Assembly: GCA_040409725.1 (NCBI GenBank)
Contig: JARWGK010000105.1
Coordinates: forward strand, 1,808 to 65,807
DNA length: 64,000 nucleotides
Source: Natronomonas sp.
GTDB lineage: Archaea; Halobacteriota; Halobacteria; Halobacteriales; Haloarculaceae
Reading direction: 5' to 3'
Below the pieces are notes generated by a model. That model made no database searches, was not told where the DNA came from, and saw only the letters and a list, made by a program, of their open reading frames with translations. The translations under genes and the position numbers were made by a program. Below, piece by piece: positions 45,987 to 56,104 of the stretch. The number at the start of each line of letters is the position of its first letter. Within the stretch, counting starts at the first letter, position 1.

Positions 45987-47432
45987 ATGCGTCTCGGCCA
46001 GACCTCAGTCGTCTATCTCGTCTCGAAGATCGTCGCCTCCGGACTGGGGTTTCTCGCGACGATCTACTTCACGAGGCTGCTCGGCGAGGAGGTGTACGGG
46101 GCGTACGCACTGACGCTCGCCGTCGTCTCCTGGCTCGGCATCGTCAAGAGCGTCGGCTTCGGGACGGCGGTCGTCAAACGGATGAGCGAAGCCGAGGAAC
46201 CGGACGCCTATCTCGCCGCCGGGACGGCGATCAAGACGGGTCTGGTCTTCGCCGTCGTCGTCGGCGTACTGGTCTTCGAGGATGCCCTGAACTCGTACGT
46301 CGGTCGTCCCGTCGCCGGATTCGTCGTCGTTTTGCTCGTCGTTTCGATCTTCGGCGACCTCGTGAGTGCCGCACTCAAGGGGAGCCATCGGGTCCACATC
46401 TACGCGCCGCTGAGCACCTTCCGGCAGGGCGCCCGGAGTCTGTGTATGGTCGCCCTCGTCTTTCTCGGCTGGGGGCTCACCGGGATGTTGGCCGGATACG
46501 CCGTCGGGACCGCGGTGGCTGCGGCCATCGGACTCCTGATCGTCCGGCCGACGATCGTGGTTCCGCGATGGCGACACGTCGCCGGACTGTTCGATTTCGC
46601 GAAGTTTGCCTGGATCGGCAATCTGCGAAAGCGGACGTTCAGCGACGCAGACATCCTCGTTTTGGGACTGTTCGTCCCGGTCGGACTGACCGGCGTCTAC
46701 GCCGTGGCCTACGCCCTTTCGGAGTTTCTCGATCTCTTCGGGCGGGCGATCAGGGAGACGCTGTTCCCGGAGATGAGTCGGTTCTCGGCACAGGACGACA
46801 CCGAAGCCGTCGCAGCGCTCACGGACGATGCACTGGCGTTTGCGGGGCTGTTTTTGATACCCGGTGTCGTCGGTGGCGCACTCCTCGGCGATCGGCTGAT
46901 GGCGGTGTACGGACCGGGATTTGCGATCGGCGATCGGGTGCTCGGGATTCTCCTCTTCGGACTGCTCGTCTACAGCTACACGAAACAGCTTCTCAACACC
47001 CTCAACGCGGTCGATCGCCCGGATCTCAGCTTTCGGGCCAACGGTCTCTTCGTGTCGAGTAACGTCGTTCTCAACGTCGTCCTCGTCGTCTCGATCGGCT
47101 GGATCGGGGCCGCAATCGCAACTGCGATTTCGGCCGTCGTCGGGCTGGTGGCTTCGCTGTACTACGCCCGACGCCTGCTCCCGGTCGAGGTGCCGTACGG
47201 AGAGATCGGCCGACAGTGGGGGGCGGCCCTCGGGATGGGCGCGGTCGTCTACGCGGCGCGCGTGGCCGTCGAGACGACCGTTCCGTGGATCGACTCCTAC
47301 AATGCGGCCTTCGTTCTCTGTCTCGTCGGACTCGGAGCGGCCGTCTACTTCCTCCTTCTTTCGTTGCTTTCGGAGCGATTCCGGTCGACGGTTCTGGCGA
47401 ACCTTCCGTTCGATCCACCGACCCGTCTCTGA
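45987..47432 (+). CDS. MOP-superfamily oligosaccharide flippase (Wzx/AglR-like)
   Basis: About 12-14 TM segments, TRLLGEEVYG, TLFPEMS, IGWIGAAIAT. Confidence 0.88.
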   Translation: MRLGQTSVVYLVSKIVASGLGFLATIYFTRLLGEEVYGAYALTLAVVSWLGIVKSVGFGTAVVKRMSEAEEPDAYLAAGTAIKTGLVFAVVVGVLVFEDALNSYVGRPVAGFVVVLLVVSIFGDLVSAALKGSHRVHIYAPLSTFRQGARSLCMVALVFLGWGLTGMLAGYAVGTAVAAAIGLLIVRPTIVVPRWRHVAGLFDFAKFAWIGNLRKRTFSDADILVLGLFVPVGLTGVYAVAYALSEFLDLFGRAIRETLFPEMSRFSAQDDTEAVAALTDDALAFAGLFLIPGVVGGALLGDRLMAVYGPGFAIGDRVLGILLFGLLVYSYTKQLLNTLNAVDRPDLSFRANGLFVSSNVVLNVVLVVSIGWIGAAIATAISAVVGLVASLYYARRLLPVEVPYGEIGRQWGAALGMGAVVYAARVAVETTVPWIDSYNAAFVLCLVGLGAAVYFLLLSLLSERFRSTVLANLPFDPPTRL

Positions 47433-47523
47433 GGCGGCCGACGACCGATACGAACGACGAAATCACACGCAGGACGCTGCGAGTTGAGAAGGCTTATGAG
47501 GCTTTTGACAGTGTTGGTGTATA

Positions 47524-50301
47524 ATGAGTGTGAGCGATCGACTGGAGGTGGTCAGGGAAGCCGTAGCGGAGTTCGAAGAACCCCTGAACCGCCTCTACGA
47601 ACTGTATCATATCCCGGTTCTCGCCGGTCTTATGGCGTTTATGCTCTGGGTTCGAACCAGACACTACGAGCGCTTCATGGCCGAGGACGGTACGATGACG
47701 TTCATCGGAAACGACGCGTGGTACCACTACCGGACGACCGGCTACGTGCTGGAGAACTATCCGTTCAACCAGCCCTTCGACCCCTGGACGTCGTTCGACA
47801 CCGGTCAACACGTCGGCCAGTTCGGTACCATCTTCGATCAGATGATCGCAACGGTGATACTGGTCGTCGGCCTCGGAAGCCCTGCTCAGTCGACGATCGA
47901 TCAGGTGTTTTTCTTCGCCCCGGCGATCTTCGGTGTGCTCTGTATCGTTCCGGTTTATCTCATCGGCAAGCGCCTCGGCGGTCGCTTCGGTGGGATCATC
48001 GCGGCGACGATCCTCGCCGTGACGCCCGGAATCTTTCTCTCACGGAGCATGGCCGGATTCGTCGACCACCACGTCACCGAGGTGCTGTTTCAGGCGACGG
48101 CGCTGTTTGCGGTGATGGTCATGATTGCCGTCGCCAGGGAGGATCGACCGATCTACGAACTCATCGAGGCGCGGGAGTTCGACGCACTCCGTCGCCCCGT
48201 TCTCTGGGGTGTCATTTCGGGCGTGGCGATCACGCTTCACATGCTCAACTGGCAGCCGGCCGTCTTCTTCGTCGGTCTCATCGGCATCTTCCTGCTCGTC
48301 TATCTCACGCTGGAGTACCTTCGCGGATACAGCCCGGATCACGTCGCCATTCCGACGGTCGTCGCGATGGCAATTCCGACTGTGGTCATGCTGTTGTATC
48401 TACAGGAGCTGAGCTTCGGGGCGACCGACTACTCCCTGACGCAGGTGTTCGTCCCCTTCGCCGTCGGAGCGACGGCCGTCTTTATGGCCGGGTTGGCCCG
48501 TGTCTGGAACGCCCGTGAGCTGTCGAAGCGGTCCTACGCCGGAGTCATCGCGGCTCTCACAGTCGCCCTCCCGGCGATCGCGGCTCTTGCTCTCCCGGAC
48601 GTGTTCGGCTTCTTCATCGACAACCTCCGGCAGGTCGCCGGATTCGGGGCGACCGACACGGCCCGAACTATCGGCGAGGCACAGGCACCGAGAGATCCGA
48701 TCGCGTTCTTCTACAACTCCTACGGACTCGCCTTTTATACCGGCATGGCGGGACTGGCGCTGCTCGCCTTCCGTGGTCTCACCGCCAAACGGCCGAGAGG
48801 CGAATACCTGCTCGTCGTCATCTTCAGTCTGTTCACGCTCTCGGCGACGCTCACCCAGCAGCGCTTCGACTACTACCTCGTCATCGCCATCGGCGCGTTG
48901 AACGCCTATCTCGTCGGCGCGGTGTACAACTTCGTCGACCTGCAGGCCGTCAGACAGAACGTGTTGAACGTCAAGCCGTATCAGTTCCTCATCGTCATCG
49001 CCATCCTCTTCGTGATCGTCGGGCCGGTCATTCTCACCGGCGGTCCTGTCGCTGCCGCCGATCAGGCGGCAAACCCAGGCGAGTACCAGCAGTGGGAGGA
49101 CAGCCTCGAGTGGCTCTCGGAGGACACACCCGAGGTCGGTGCCTACGGGACCGGTGACGACCCGCGGCTGGAGTACAACGGCGCGTACCCTGTCACAGAC
49201 GACTTCGACTATCAGGAGGGCGAATACGGCGTCCTCGCGTGGTGGGATTACGGCCACTGGATCACCGTGACCGGCGAGCGGATCCCGGTTGCGAACCCGT
49301 TCCAGCGACACGCAGAGGAGTCCGCCGACTTCCTGCTCGCCGACGACGAGGAAGAGTCACTCGAAATCCTCGAAGAAGACAGCGGCGACGGCTCCGGCGT
49401 CCAGTACGTGATGGTCGACCGCGAACTCGGCTACGCCGGCACCCAGAAGTACACCGCGCCGACGGCGTGGGAGGCCCGACACGATGTCGAAAGCGGAGAC
49501 CTCGGCGTGACCGTTCGGGACCCACAGACGGCACAGCCGATCTACGGCATCCACTCACAGCGGTCCTACGAGAGCATGCGCGTCCGGCTGTACCAACACC
49601 ACGGCAGTGCGGTCGATCCCGCACCGTTCGTCGCACGCTTCGGCGTCGAGGATCAGTTCGGATTCGCCGTTCCACCAGAGGGACAGCTGATCGAGGAGTT
49701 CGACACCGTCGAGGAGGCCCGTGAGGCCGCCGAGGACGATCCGAACGCGATCCACGGTGGACTCCTCGGATTCCCCGGCGAACGCGTCGAGGCCCTCGAG
49801 CAGTTCCGTCTCGTCCACGGCAGCGAGACGACGGGGCCGTCGCCGTTCAACCTCGCAACCGGCCAGGCGGACGAACAGGAGTCGTGGGTCAAGACCTTCG
49901 AGCGCGTCGAGGGTGCGACAATCGAGGGTGAAAACGCCGTGCCCGAAAACGAGGTCCGGGCGGTAGTCGAAATGGAGATCGGCGCGACGGGTGAGACCTT
50001 CGAGTACGTCCAGTACGCACAGGCCGACGAGGACGGCAACTTCGAACTCCGGGTGCCGTACTCGACGACCGGCTACGACGAGTTCGGAACCGAGGCCGGC
50101 TACACCGACGTCGACGTCCGCGCGACCGGCGACTACCGGATCGAAGGCGGCTTCGACATCGACGAGGAGGCGGGCCCGATCGAACTCACGGCGGAGGTCG
50201 AGGTGAGCGAAGCGAAGGTGCTCGGTGAGGACGAGGAGTCGATCGAAGTCGACATGGAGGAGTTCGCCGAACCGCTGCAACAGCCCGAACAAGAGGAATG
50301 A
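47524..50301 (+). CDS. aglB: oligosaccharyltransferase AglB (STT3 family)
   Basis: GNDAWYH, DHHVTE, about 13 TM segments, WWDYGHWI, ANPFQ. Confidence 0.96.
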   Translation: MSVSDRLEVVREAVAEFEEPLNRLYELYHIPVLAGLMAFMLWVRTRHYERFMAEDGTMTFIGNDAWYHYRTTGYVLENYPFNQPFDPWTSFDTGQHVGQFGTIFDQMIATVILVVGLGSPAQSTIDQVFFFAPAIFGVLCIVPVYLIGKRLGGRFGGIIAATILAVTPGIFLSRSMAGFVDHHVTEVLFQATALFAVMVMIAVAREDRPIYELIEAREFDALRRPVLWGVISGVAITLHMLNWQPAVFFVGLIGIFLLVYLTLEYLRGYSPDHVAIPTVVAMAIPTVVMLLYLQELSFGATDYSLTQVFVPFAVGATAVFMAGLARVWNARELSKRSYAGVIAALTVALPAIAALALPDVFGFFIDNLRQVAGFGATDTARTIGEAQAPRDPIAFFYNSYGLAFYTGMAGLALLAFRGLTAKRPRGEYLLVVIFSLFTLSATLTQQRFDYYLVIAIGALNAYLVGAVYNFVDLQAVRQNVLNVKPYQFLIVIAILFVIVGPVILTGGPVAAADQAANPGEYQQWEDSLEWLSEDTPEVGAYGTGDDPRLEYNGAYPVTDDFDYQEGEYGVLAWWDYGHWITVTGERIPVANPFQRHAEESADFLLADDEEESLEILEEDSGDGSGVQYVMVDRELGYAGTQKYTAPTAWEARHDVESGDLGVTVRDPQTAQPIYGIHSQRSYESMRVRLYQHHGSAVDPAPFVARFGVEDQFGFAVPPEGQLIEEFDTVEEAREAAEDDPNAIHGGLLGFPGERVEALEQFRLVHGSETTGPSPFNLATGQADEQESWVKTFERVEGATIEGENAVPENEVRAVVEMEIGATGETFEYVQYAQADEDGNFELRVPYSTTGYDEFGTEAGYTDVDVRATGDYRIEGGFDIDEEAGPIELTAEVEVSEAKVLGEDEESIEVDMEEFAEPLQQPEQEE

Positions 50302-50341
50302 CCGCCCGTTCGTCCGGTCACACCGCGGCAGTCGACGAGGC

Positions 50342-51286
50342 GTGAGCCCCACCGACGCGACCGGAATCCGCGGCTGGGTCGTCGTCTTCCTGAAAGGCGC
50401 GTGTATGGGAATCGCCGACGCCGTCCCCGGCGTTTCCGGCGGTACGATCGCACTCATCGTCGGGATCTACGATCGACTGATAACGGCACTCACCGCCGTC
50501 GATCCGCGAATCCTCTTCGATGTCGGGAAGATCCGAACGACCAACGGGCGGCGCGTGCTTGCCGAGGAGCTCGTCGCGATGGATCTTCCATTTTTGTTGC
50601 TACTGGGCGTCGGGATCGTCTCGGCTGCTGGGACAGTCGCCACCACGGCGAACGTCGCCGTCACGACCGCTCCGGTTCCGACCTACGCCTTCTTTTTCGG
50701 CCTCATCGCCGCCTCCGGATTCGTGTTGTCCCGGTCCGTCGTCGTCGGGACGGTTCGGCGCCTCGCCGTCGGCGTCGTCGGCTTCGGAACGGCGTTTTTC
50801 GTCACCGGATTCACCGCCTCCGGCGGCGGGGCCCAACCCACGTCGGCGGTGTTGTTTCTCGTCGGCGCGGTCGTCATCTCGGCGATGGTGCTTCCGGGAA
50901 TCTCGGGTGCCTTCCTGCTCCTGTTGTTCGGCCAATACGAGTTTATCAGTGGCCTTCCACGAGCCGTCGTTTCGGGCGCCCTCACCGGGGATCCATCGGC
51001 GCTTGAACCGGCACTCGGCCCGCTTTTTGCCTTCCTCGCCGGCGCCGTCGTCGGGCTGTTTTCGTTTGCGTATCTCGTTCGATCGGCGCTGAGACGACAC
51101 CGGGACGCGACGCTCGTTTTCCTCCTCAGTCTCATGATCGGCTCACTCCGGCTTCCGGTGGAACGCGTCGCCGCCGACGCCGGTGGCCTCTCGCCGTCGA
51201 CCGCTGCGCTCGTCGCAATTCCGGCGTTTCTCGGGTGTGCGGTCGTCCTCCTCCTCGATTCCTACACGGACGAACTCGTGTACTGA
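50342..51286 (+). CDS. DUF368 membrane protein (PopT-like polyprenyl-phosphate transporter family)
   Basis: KGACMGIADAVPGVSGGTIA, FFFGLIAAS, AMVLPGISGAFLLLLFGQY; GTG start at 50342. Confidence 0.85.
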   Translation: MSPTDATGIRGWVVVFLKGACMGIADAVPGVSGGTIALIVGIYDRLITALTAVDPRILFDVGKIRTTNGRRVLAEELVAMDLPFLLLLGVGIVSAAGTVATTANVAVTTAPVPTYAFFFGLIAASGFVLSRSVVVGTVRRLAVGVVGFGTAFFVTGFTASGGGAQPTSAVLFLVGAVVISAMVLPGISGAFLLLLFGQYEFISGLPRAVVSGALTGDPSALEPALGPLFAFLAGAVVGLFSFAYLVRSALRRHRDATLVFLLSLMIGSLRLPVERVAADAGGLSPSTAALVAIPAFLGCAVVLLLDSYTDELVY

Positions 51287-51355
51287 TCGCTTTCGGGACG
51301 GCTACCTCGTCGGTCACCGACATCGTTTATAAGCTCCCTCGGTTACCCTTCGGCT

Positions 51356-51931
51356 GTGTTCCGCCGTCCGACACCCGTCACCCTCGGAGCGATCTGTCTG
51401 ACCTACCTGCTACAGACAGCCGCTGGATTTCTGGGACTCGGAACCGAGCTGTTTGCACTCGCCCTCCCGCTTTTGGATCGTCCTTGGACGCTGGTTCTCA
51501 GCGTCTACGCACACAGTTCACTCCTGCATCTCGCGACGAATGCGATCGCACTCCTCGTCGTCGGACCGATCGTCGCACACCTCTCGACGCCGGTGCGGTT
51601 CCACGCCTTCTTCGTGACCTCGGGTTCTCTTGCCGGGGCGATACAGGTGCTTCTCACCGCACCACTCGGACCGACGGCGGTACTCGGTGCCAGCGGGGCG
51701 ATCTTCGGGTTGTTCGGCTACCTCCTGATCGGCAACCGGGCGACGGACGCCGCCCTGTCGTGGGTACCCTTTGGCCGCCGCGGCCGGTTGCTCGTCGTCG
51801 TCGGACTTGGCGCCGCGTTGACGCTCGCCACGGCCGCCCCGGGGGTCGCACTCGTGGCACACTTCGCCGGATTCCTCATCGGTGGCGTCGCCGGTCGAAT
51901 CCGGCTGCTGCACGCTCCGTCGCGTCGGTGA
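51356..51931 (+). CDS. rhomboid-family intramembrane serine protease
   Basis: PWTLVLSVYAH...LHLATN, GASGAIF, AHFAG; TTTATAA at 51326. Confidence 0.9.
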   Translation: MFRRPTPVTLGAICLTYLLQTAAGFLGLGTELFALALPLLDRPWTLVLSVYAHSSLLHLATNAIALLVVGPIVAHLSTPVRFHAFFVTSGSLAGAIQVLLTAPLGPTAVLGASGAIFGLFGYLLIGNRATDAALSWVPFGRRGRLLVVVGLGAALTLATAAPGVALVAHFAGFLIGGVAGRIRLLHAPSRR

Positions 51932-51986
51932 CGCGGTCCACGCGCGGATCACAACACACACAAGCGACGGCGTTGCAGGGTAGTCC

Positions 51987-52676
51987 GTGTACGACGGCGT
52001 CTACGCGTATCCGGACGGCAGAGCAACCGTCGCCCGACACGCAGCGACCGCTGCAGACTACGGGTTCGACGGGATCGTCGTCCGGAATCACGGCGACGAG
52101 GCGGCCGACTACGACGCCGAAGCGATCGCCGACGCCTACGGAATCGACGTCGTCGAGGGCATCGAGATCAGGTGTGACGATCCAAGCCGGGCACGGGGAT
52201 TGATCGGTAACTACCGCAGCAAGCGAACGATCGTCTGTGTCCACGGCGGCGAACTGAACCGATTTGCGGTCGAGCAACCGCAGGTGGACGTGCTCTCACA
52301 CCCGATGGACGGCGGCGACATCAACCACGTCCTCGCGAAGGCGGCCACGGAACACAGCGTCCACCTCGAATTCGACCTCTCCTCGGTGTTGCGCGAGGAG
52401 GGTGGGTCCCGCGTCCAGACGATCGCCGACCTTCGAAAGCTTCGTGAGATCGTCGACGCATACGACACGCCCTACGTGGTGACCGCTGGCGCACGCTCTC
52501 ACCTCGAACTGCGGGCACCGCGGGAACTGATCGCCGTCGGGGAAGCAATCGGGTTCGATCCGGAGACGATCGAGGCCGGCCTCCGCGCCTGGAAGTCGAT
52601 AGCCGAGCGGAACCGGCACCGTGGTTCGGATGCCGTCCCCGAACCCGGCGTCGAGATCGAGAGGGAGGAACGATGA
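51987..52676 (+). CDS. rnp3: ribonuclease P protein component 3 (Rpp30)
   Basis: GFDGIVVRNH, VCVHGG..NRFAVE..VDVLSHP, SHLELRAPR. Confidence 0.9.
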   Translation: MYDGVYAYPDGRATVARHAATAADYGFDGIVVRNHGDEAADYDAEAIADAYGIDVVEGIEIRCDDPSRARGLIGNYRSKRTIVCVHGGELNRFAVEQPQVDVLSHPMDGGDINHVLAKAATEHSVHLEFDLSSVLREEGGSRVQTIADLRKLREIVDAYDTPYVVTAGARSHLELRAPRELIAVGEAIGFDPETIEAGLRAWKSIAERNRHRGSDAVPEPGVEIEREER

Positions 52677-52704
52677 AGCCGCTGCCGAACGGCGGGAGGC
52701 GTGT

Positions 52705-53190
52705 ATGAAACACCTGCCGAAGTATCTCCGACCGCGCTGGCGGTATCTGGCCGTCGAGATCGAGACCTGGCCGGAGGCAGAGATCACGCGGCGGTCGTTT
52801 CAGCGTGCGGTGTGGTACGCCGCGGGGAATTTGCTCGGCGACGCCGGCAGTGCGGCCATCGACGGGACCGTTCTCGGATTCGAACACGCCGAAGGGATCA
52901 CGACGGCGATCGTCCGCGCACATCGCGGCCAAGAGGACCGACTGCGGGCCGCGATTGCGACGATCGACGAGATCGACGGCGAGGAGGTCGGCGTCGTAAT
53001 CCGGGGTGTAAGCGGGACAGTCCGGGCCTGTGAGGAAAAGTATATACGGCGTCCACGGGAACGTTTAGACGAGAGAAACGTCGCGTTCGACGCCGCCAAC
53101 CGGCCCGCAATGGGACGGAACGACCGCTACGATGTGCGTCTTTCCGGTGGGTACGTTGGCGCGACCGCACTCGATATCCGCGACAACTGA
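52705..53190 (+). CDS. rnp2: ribonuclease P protein component 2 (Pop5/Rpp14)
   Basis: MKHLPKYLRPRWRYL, LLGD, GVSGTVRAC. Confidence 0.9.
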   Translation: MKHLPKYLRPRWRYLAVEIETWPEAEITRRSFQRAVWYAAGNLLGDAGSAAIDGTVLGFEHAEGITTAIVRAHRGQEDRLRAAIATIDEIDGEEVGVVIRGVSGTVRACEEKYIRRPRERLDERNVAFDAANRPAMGRNDRYDVRLSGGYVGATALDIRDN

Positions 53191-53192
53191 AT

Positions 53193-53939
53193 ATGCAAGG
53201 ACAATCACAGCAGCAGGCCTACGACCGGGGTATCACGATCTTTTCCCCGGACGGACGGCTGTACCAGGTCGAGTACGCGCGTGAGGCGGTCAAACGAGGC
53301 ACAGCATCCATCGGCGTTCGAACGGCCGACGGGGTCGTCTTCGCCGTCGACAAACGAATCCGCTCCCCGCTCATGGAGCGGACGTCGGTCGAGAAGATCC
53401 ACAAGGCCGACGATCACATCGGCATCGCAAGCGCCGGCCACGTGGCCGACGCCCGACAGCTGATCGACTTCGCCCGCCGGGAAGCGCAGGTGAACGAACT
53501 CCGGTACGGCGAACCGATCGGCGTCGAGACGCTGACGAAGTCGGTCACCGACCACATCCAGCAGTACACGCAGGTCGGCGGCGCTCGCCCGTTCGGCGTT
53601 GCCCTCATCATCGGGGGCATCGAGGACGGCGAACCCCGTCTCTACGAGACGGACCCCTCGGGAACGCCCTACGAGTGGCAGGCGCTGGCCGTCGGTGCCG
53701 ACCGCGGCGAAATCGAAGACTACCTCGAGGAACACTACAACCCAGAGATGGATTTGGCCGGCGGCATCGGCCTCGCCCTGGAGGCGCTCGCGTCGGTCAA
53801 CGACGACGAACTGTCCCCCGAAGGCATCGGCCTCGCGACGATCGACGTCGACGATCAGATGTTCACCGAACTCTCCGATTCGGAGACCGAGTCCTACCTC
53901 GCAGAACACGGACTCCTCGCCGAGGACGACGAGGAGTAA
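53193..53939 (+). CDS. psmA: proteasome alpha subunit
   Basis: YDRGITIFSPDGRLYQVEYA alpha signature. Confidence 0.97.
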   Translation: MQGQSQQQAYDRGITIFSPDGRLYQVEYAREAVKRGTASIGVRTADGVVFAVDKRIRSPLMERTSVEKIHKADDHIGIASAGHVADARQLIDFARREAQVNELRYGEPIGVETLTKSVTDHIQQYTQVGGARPFGVALIIGGIEDGEPRLYETDPSGTPYEWQALAVGADRGEIEDYLEEHYNPEMDLAGGIGLALEALASVNDDELSPEGIGLATIDVDDQMFTELSDSETESYLAEHGLLAEDDEE

Positions 53940-53993
53940 CGCCCCGTCGCCGAGGCACGACACTTTTTGCCACCCCCGTCCGTACCCGGTGGT

Positions 53994-54719
53994 ATGATAT
54001 CACTCGAAGATGCCGTAACCGCCCGCCTCGAATCACACGGCCAGCGATTCGAGGTGCTCGTCGACCCCGACGCCGCCTTGGCGATCAAACGCGGCGAGTT
54101 CGACGGCGACCTCGAGGACGTGATCGCTGCCGAGGACGTTTTCGAAGACGCCTCACGCGGCGATCGTCCGCCCGAGGACGCACTCGAGGAGGTTTTCGAG
54201 ACGACGGATCCGCTGGCGATCATTCCGGAGGTGATCAAACGCGGTGAGATCCAGATCACCGCCGAACAGCGCCGCGAGATGAAACAACAGAAGCACAACC
54301 AACTCGTGACGAAGATCACCCGCAACGCGGTCAACCCCCAGATGGACGACGCGCCACATCCACCGGATCGGATCGAACGCGCACTCGAGGAGGCAGGGTT
54401 CAGCGTCGATCCGATGGAGCCGGTCGACAGCCAGATCGACGACGCCCTCGATGCCCTTCGTCCCGTCATCCCCATCCGCTTCGACGAGGTCGTGATGGCG
54501 GTGCAGTTCCCCGCGGAGTACGCCGGCAGCGCACAGGCACAGGTCCGGGAGTTCGGCGACCTCGAAAGCGAGGAGTGGCAGTCCGACGGCTCTTGGGTCG
54601 GCGTCCTGCGGTTCCCGGCCGGCCTCCAGAACGACTTCTACGACCTCGTCAACGAACACTCCTCCGGAGAGGCCGAAACGCGGGTCGTCAAGGACGAAGA
54701 CGAGATCGGGACGCGGTGA
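53994..54719 (+). CDS. ribosome maturation factor SBDS/Sdo1
   Basis: AVTARLESHGQRFEVLVDP, EIQITAEQR, PHPP.RIE; start at ATG 53994. Confidence 0.93.
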   Translation: MISLEDAVTARLESHGQRFEVLVDPDAALAIKRGEFDGDLEDVIAAEDVFEDASRGDRPPEDALEEVFETTDPLAIIPEVIKRGEIQITAEQRREMKQQKHNQLVTKITRNAVNPQMDDAPHPPDRIERALEEAGFSVDPMEPVDSQIDDALDALRPVIPIRFDEVVMAVQFPAEYAGSAQAQVREFGDLESEEWQSDGSWVGVLRFPAGLQNDFYDLVNEHSSGEAETRVVKDEDEIGTR

Positions 54720-54769
54720 CTCCTTGGCTACCTGAGGGTTAAATATCGTCGTCGCATACCCTCGGGCGA

Positions 54770-56074
54770 GTGACGGATACGAACGGACCGGTGGTCGTGG
54801 CAAAGCGGGTCGATTCGGGGAGTGCCGACACCGAGGAGATCCGCGAACTAGCGGCCGCCGCCGGCTACACCGTCGTGGGCGAGGTGACACAGACCCGGAC
54901 CGAGGATCCAGCGCTGTGTCTGGGGGAAGGAAAGGTCGAGGAGTTGGCTGCACTCGTCGTCGAAACCGGGGCGACCACGGTCATCTTCGACAACCGCCTC
55001 GGACCGTATCAGACGTTCAACCTCGGCAACAAGCTTCCCGAAGACGTCGAGGTGATGGATCGATTCCGCCTCATCCTCGAGATATTCGGCCAGCGCGCAC
55101 AGACGAAGAAGGCCCAATTACAGGTCGAGTTGGCCGAGTTGCGCTATGAGTTGCCACGCGCCGAAACGAAGGCCTCCCTCGCCAAGCGCGACGAGCGCCC
55201 CGGATTCATGGGACTCGGAGAGTACGACGAGTCACGCGAGCGGGACATCAAGGCCCGCATCAGCCGGATCCGGGACGAACTCGAGGCGATCGAACAGACC
55301 GAAGCACACCGGAGACAACAGCGCCGGGAGTCGGGCTTCGATCTGGTCGCACTGGCTGGCTACACGAACGCCGGCAAATCGACGCTGCTCCGCCAACTCG
55401 CAACCGACGTCGAGGTCGACGAAAACGAGGGACTCCACCCCGATCTGGATGCGACCGCGGAATCCGAAGATCGGCTCTTCACCACGCTCGGAACGACGAC
55501 GCGTCGCGCGGAGATGGACCGCCGGGACGTTCTCGTGACCGACACCGTCGGATTCGTCTCGAATCTCCCCCACTGGCTCGTCGAATCGTTCAAATCGACG
55601 CTGTCGGAGGTGTATCGCGCCGACCTGGTGTTGCTCGTCGTCGACGTCTCCGATCCGATCGAGGAGATTCGCGAGAAACTCGTGACGTGTCACGACACCC
55701 TCTATGAGCGCAACGAGGCACCGATCGTCACCGTGTTGAACAAGATCGATCTGGTCGACGACGAGGAGTTGGCCGAAACGCAGGCGGCACTCTCCGGCCT
55801 CGCGCCGAACCCGGTCGCCGTCAGTGCCACGGAGGGGATCGGGATCGACGAACTCCGGAGTCGGATCGACGACGAACTCCCGGACTGGCGGCGGGAGCGT
55901 CTCGTCCTGCCGATGACCGACGACGCGATGAGCGTCGTCTCCTGGATCCACGACCACGGTCACGTGGAGGACGTCGACTACGGCGAGGAGGTTATCGTCG
56001 ACTTCGAGGCCCGGCCGGCGATCGTCGAACAGGCTCGATCGAAGGCCGGCGAACTGTCGATGCCGGAAGCCTGA
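54770..56074 (+). CDS. hflX: GTPase HflX
   Basis: LQVELAELRY, GYTNAGKST, LFTTL, DTVGF, NKID. Confidence 0.95.
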   Translation: MTDTNGPVVVAKRVDSGSADTEEIRELAAAAGYTVVGEVTQTRTEDPALCLGEGKVEELAALVVETGATTVIFDNRLGPYQTFNLGNKLPEDVEVMDRFRLILEIFGQRAQTKKAQLQVELAELRYELPRAETKASLAKRDERPGFMGLGEYDESRERDIKARISRIRDELEAIEQTEAHRRQQRRESGFDLVALAGYTNAGKSTLLRQLATDVEVDENEGLHPDLDATAESEDRLFTTLGTTTRRAEMDRRDVLVTDTVGFVSNLPHWLVESFKSTLSEVYRADLVLLVVDVSDPIEEIREKLVTCHDTLYERNEAPIVTVLNKIDLVDDEELAETQAALSGLAPNPVAVSATEGIGIDELRSRIDDELPDWRRERLVLPMTDDAMSVVSWIHDHGHVEDVDYGEEVIVDFEARPAIVEQARSKAGELSMPEA

Positions 56075-56104
56075 GCCGACCGTCTCCCCCAGTCACCCCT
56101 CGGC

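Noticed and set aside
51987-56074. rnp3-rnp2-psmA-SBDS-hflX cluster as a novelty
   Set aside because: Well-known conserved archaeal gene neighbourhood
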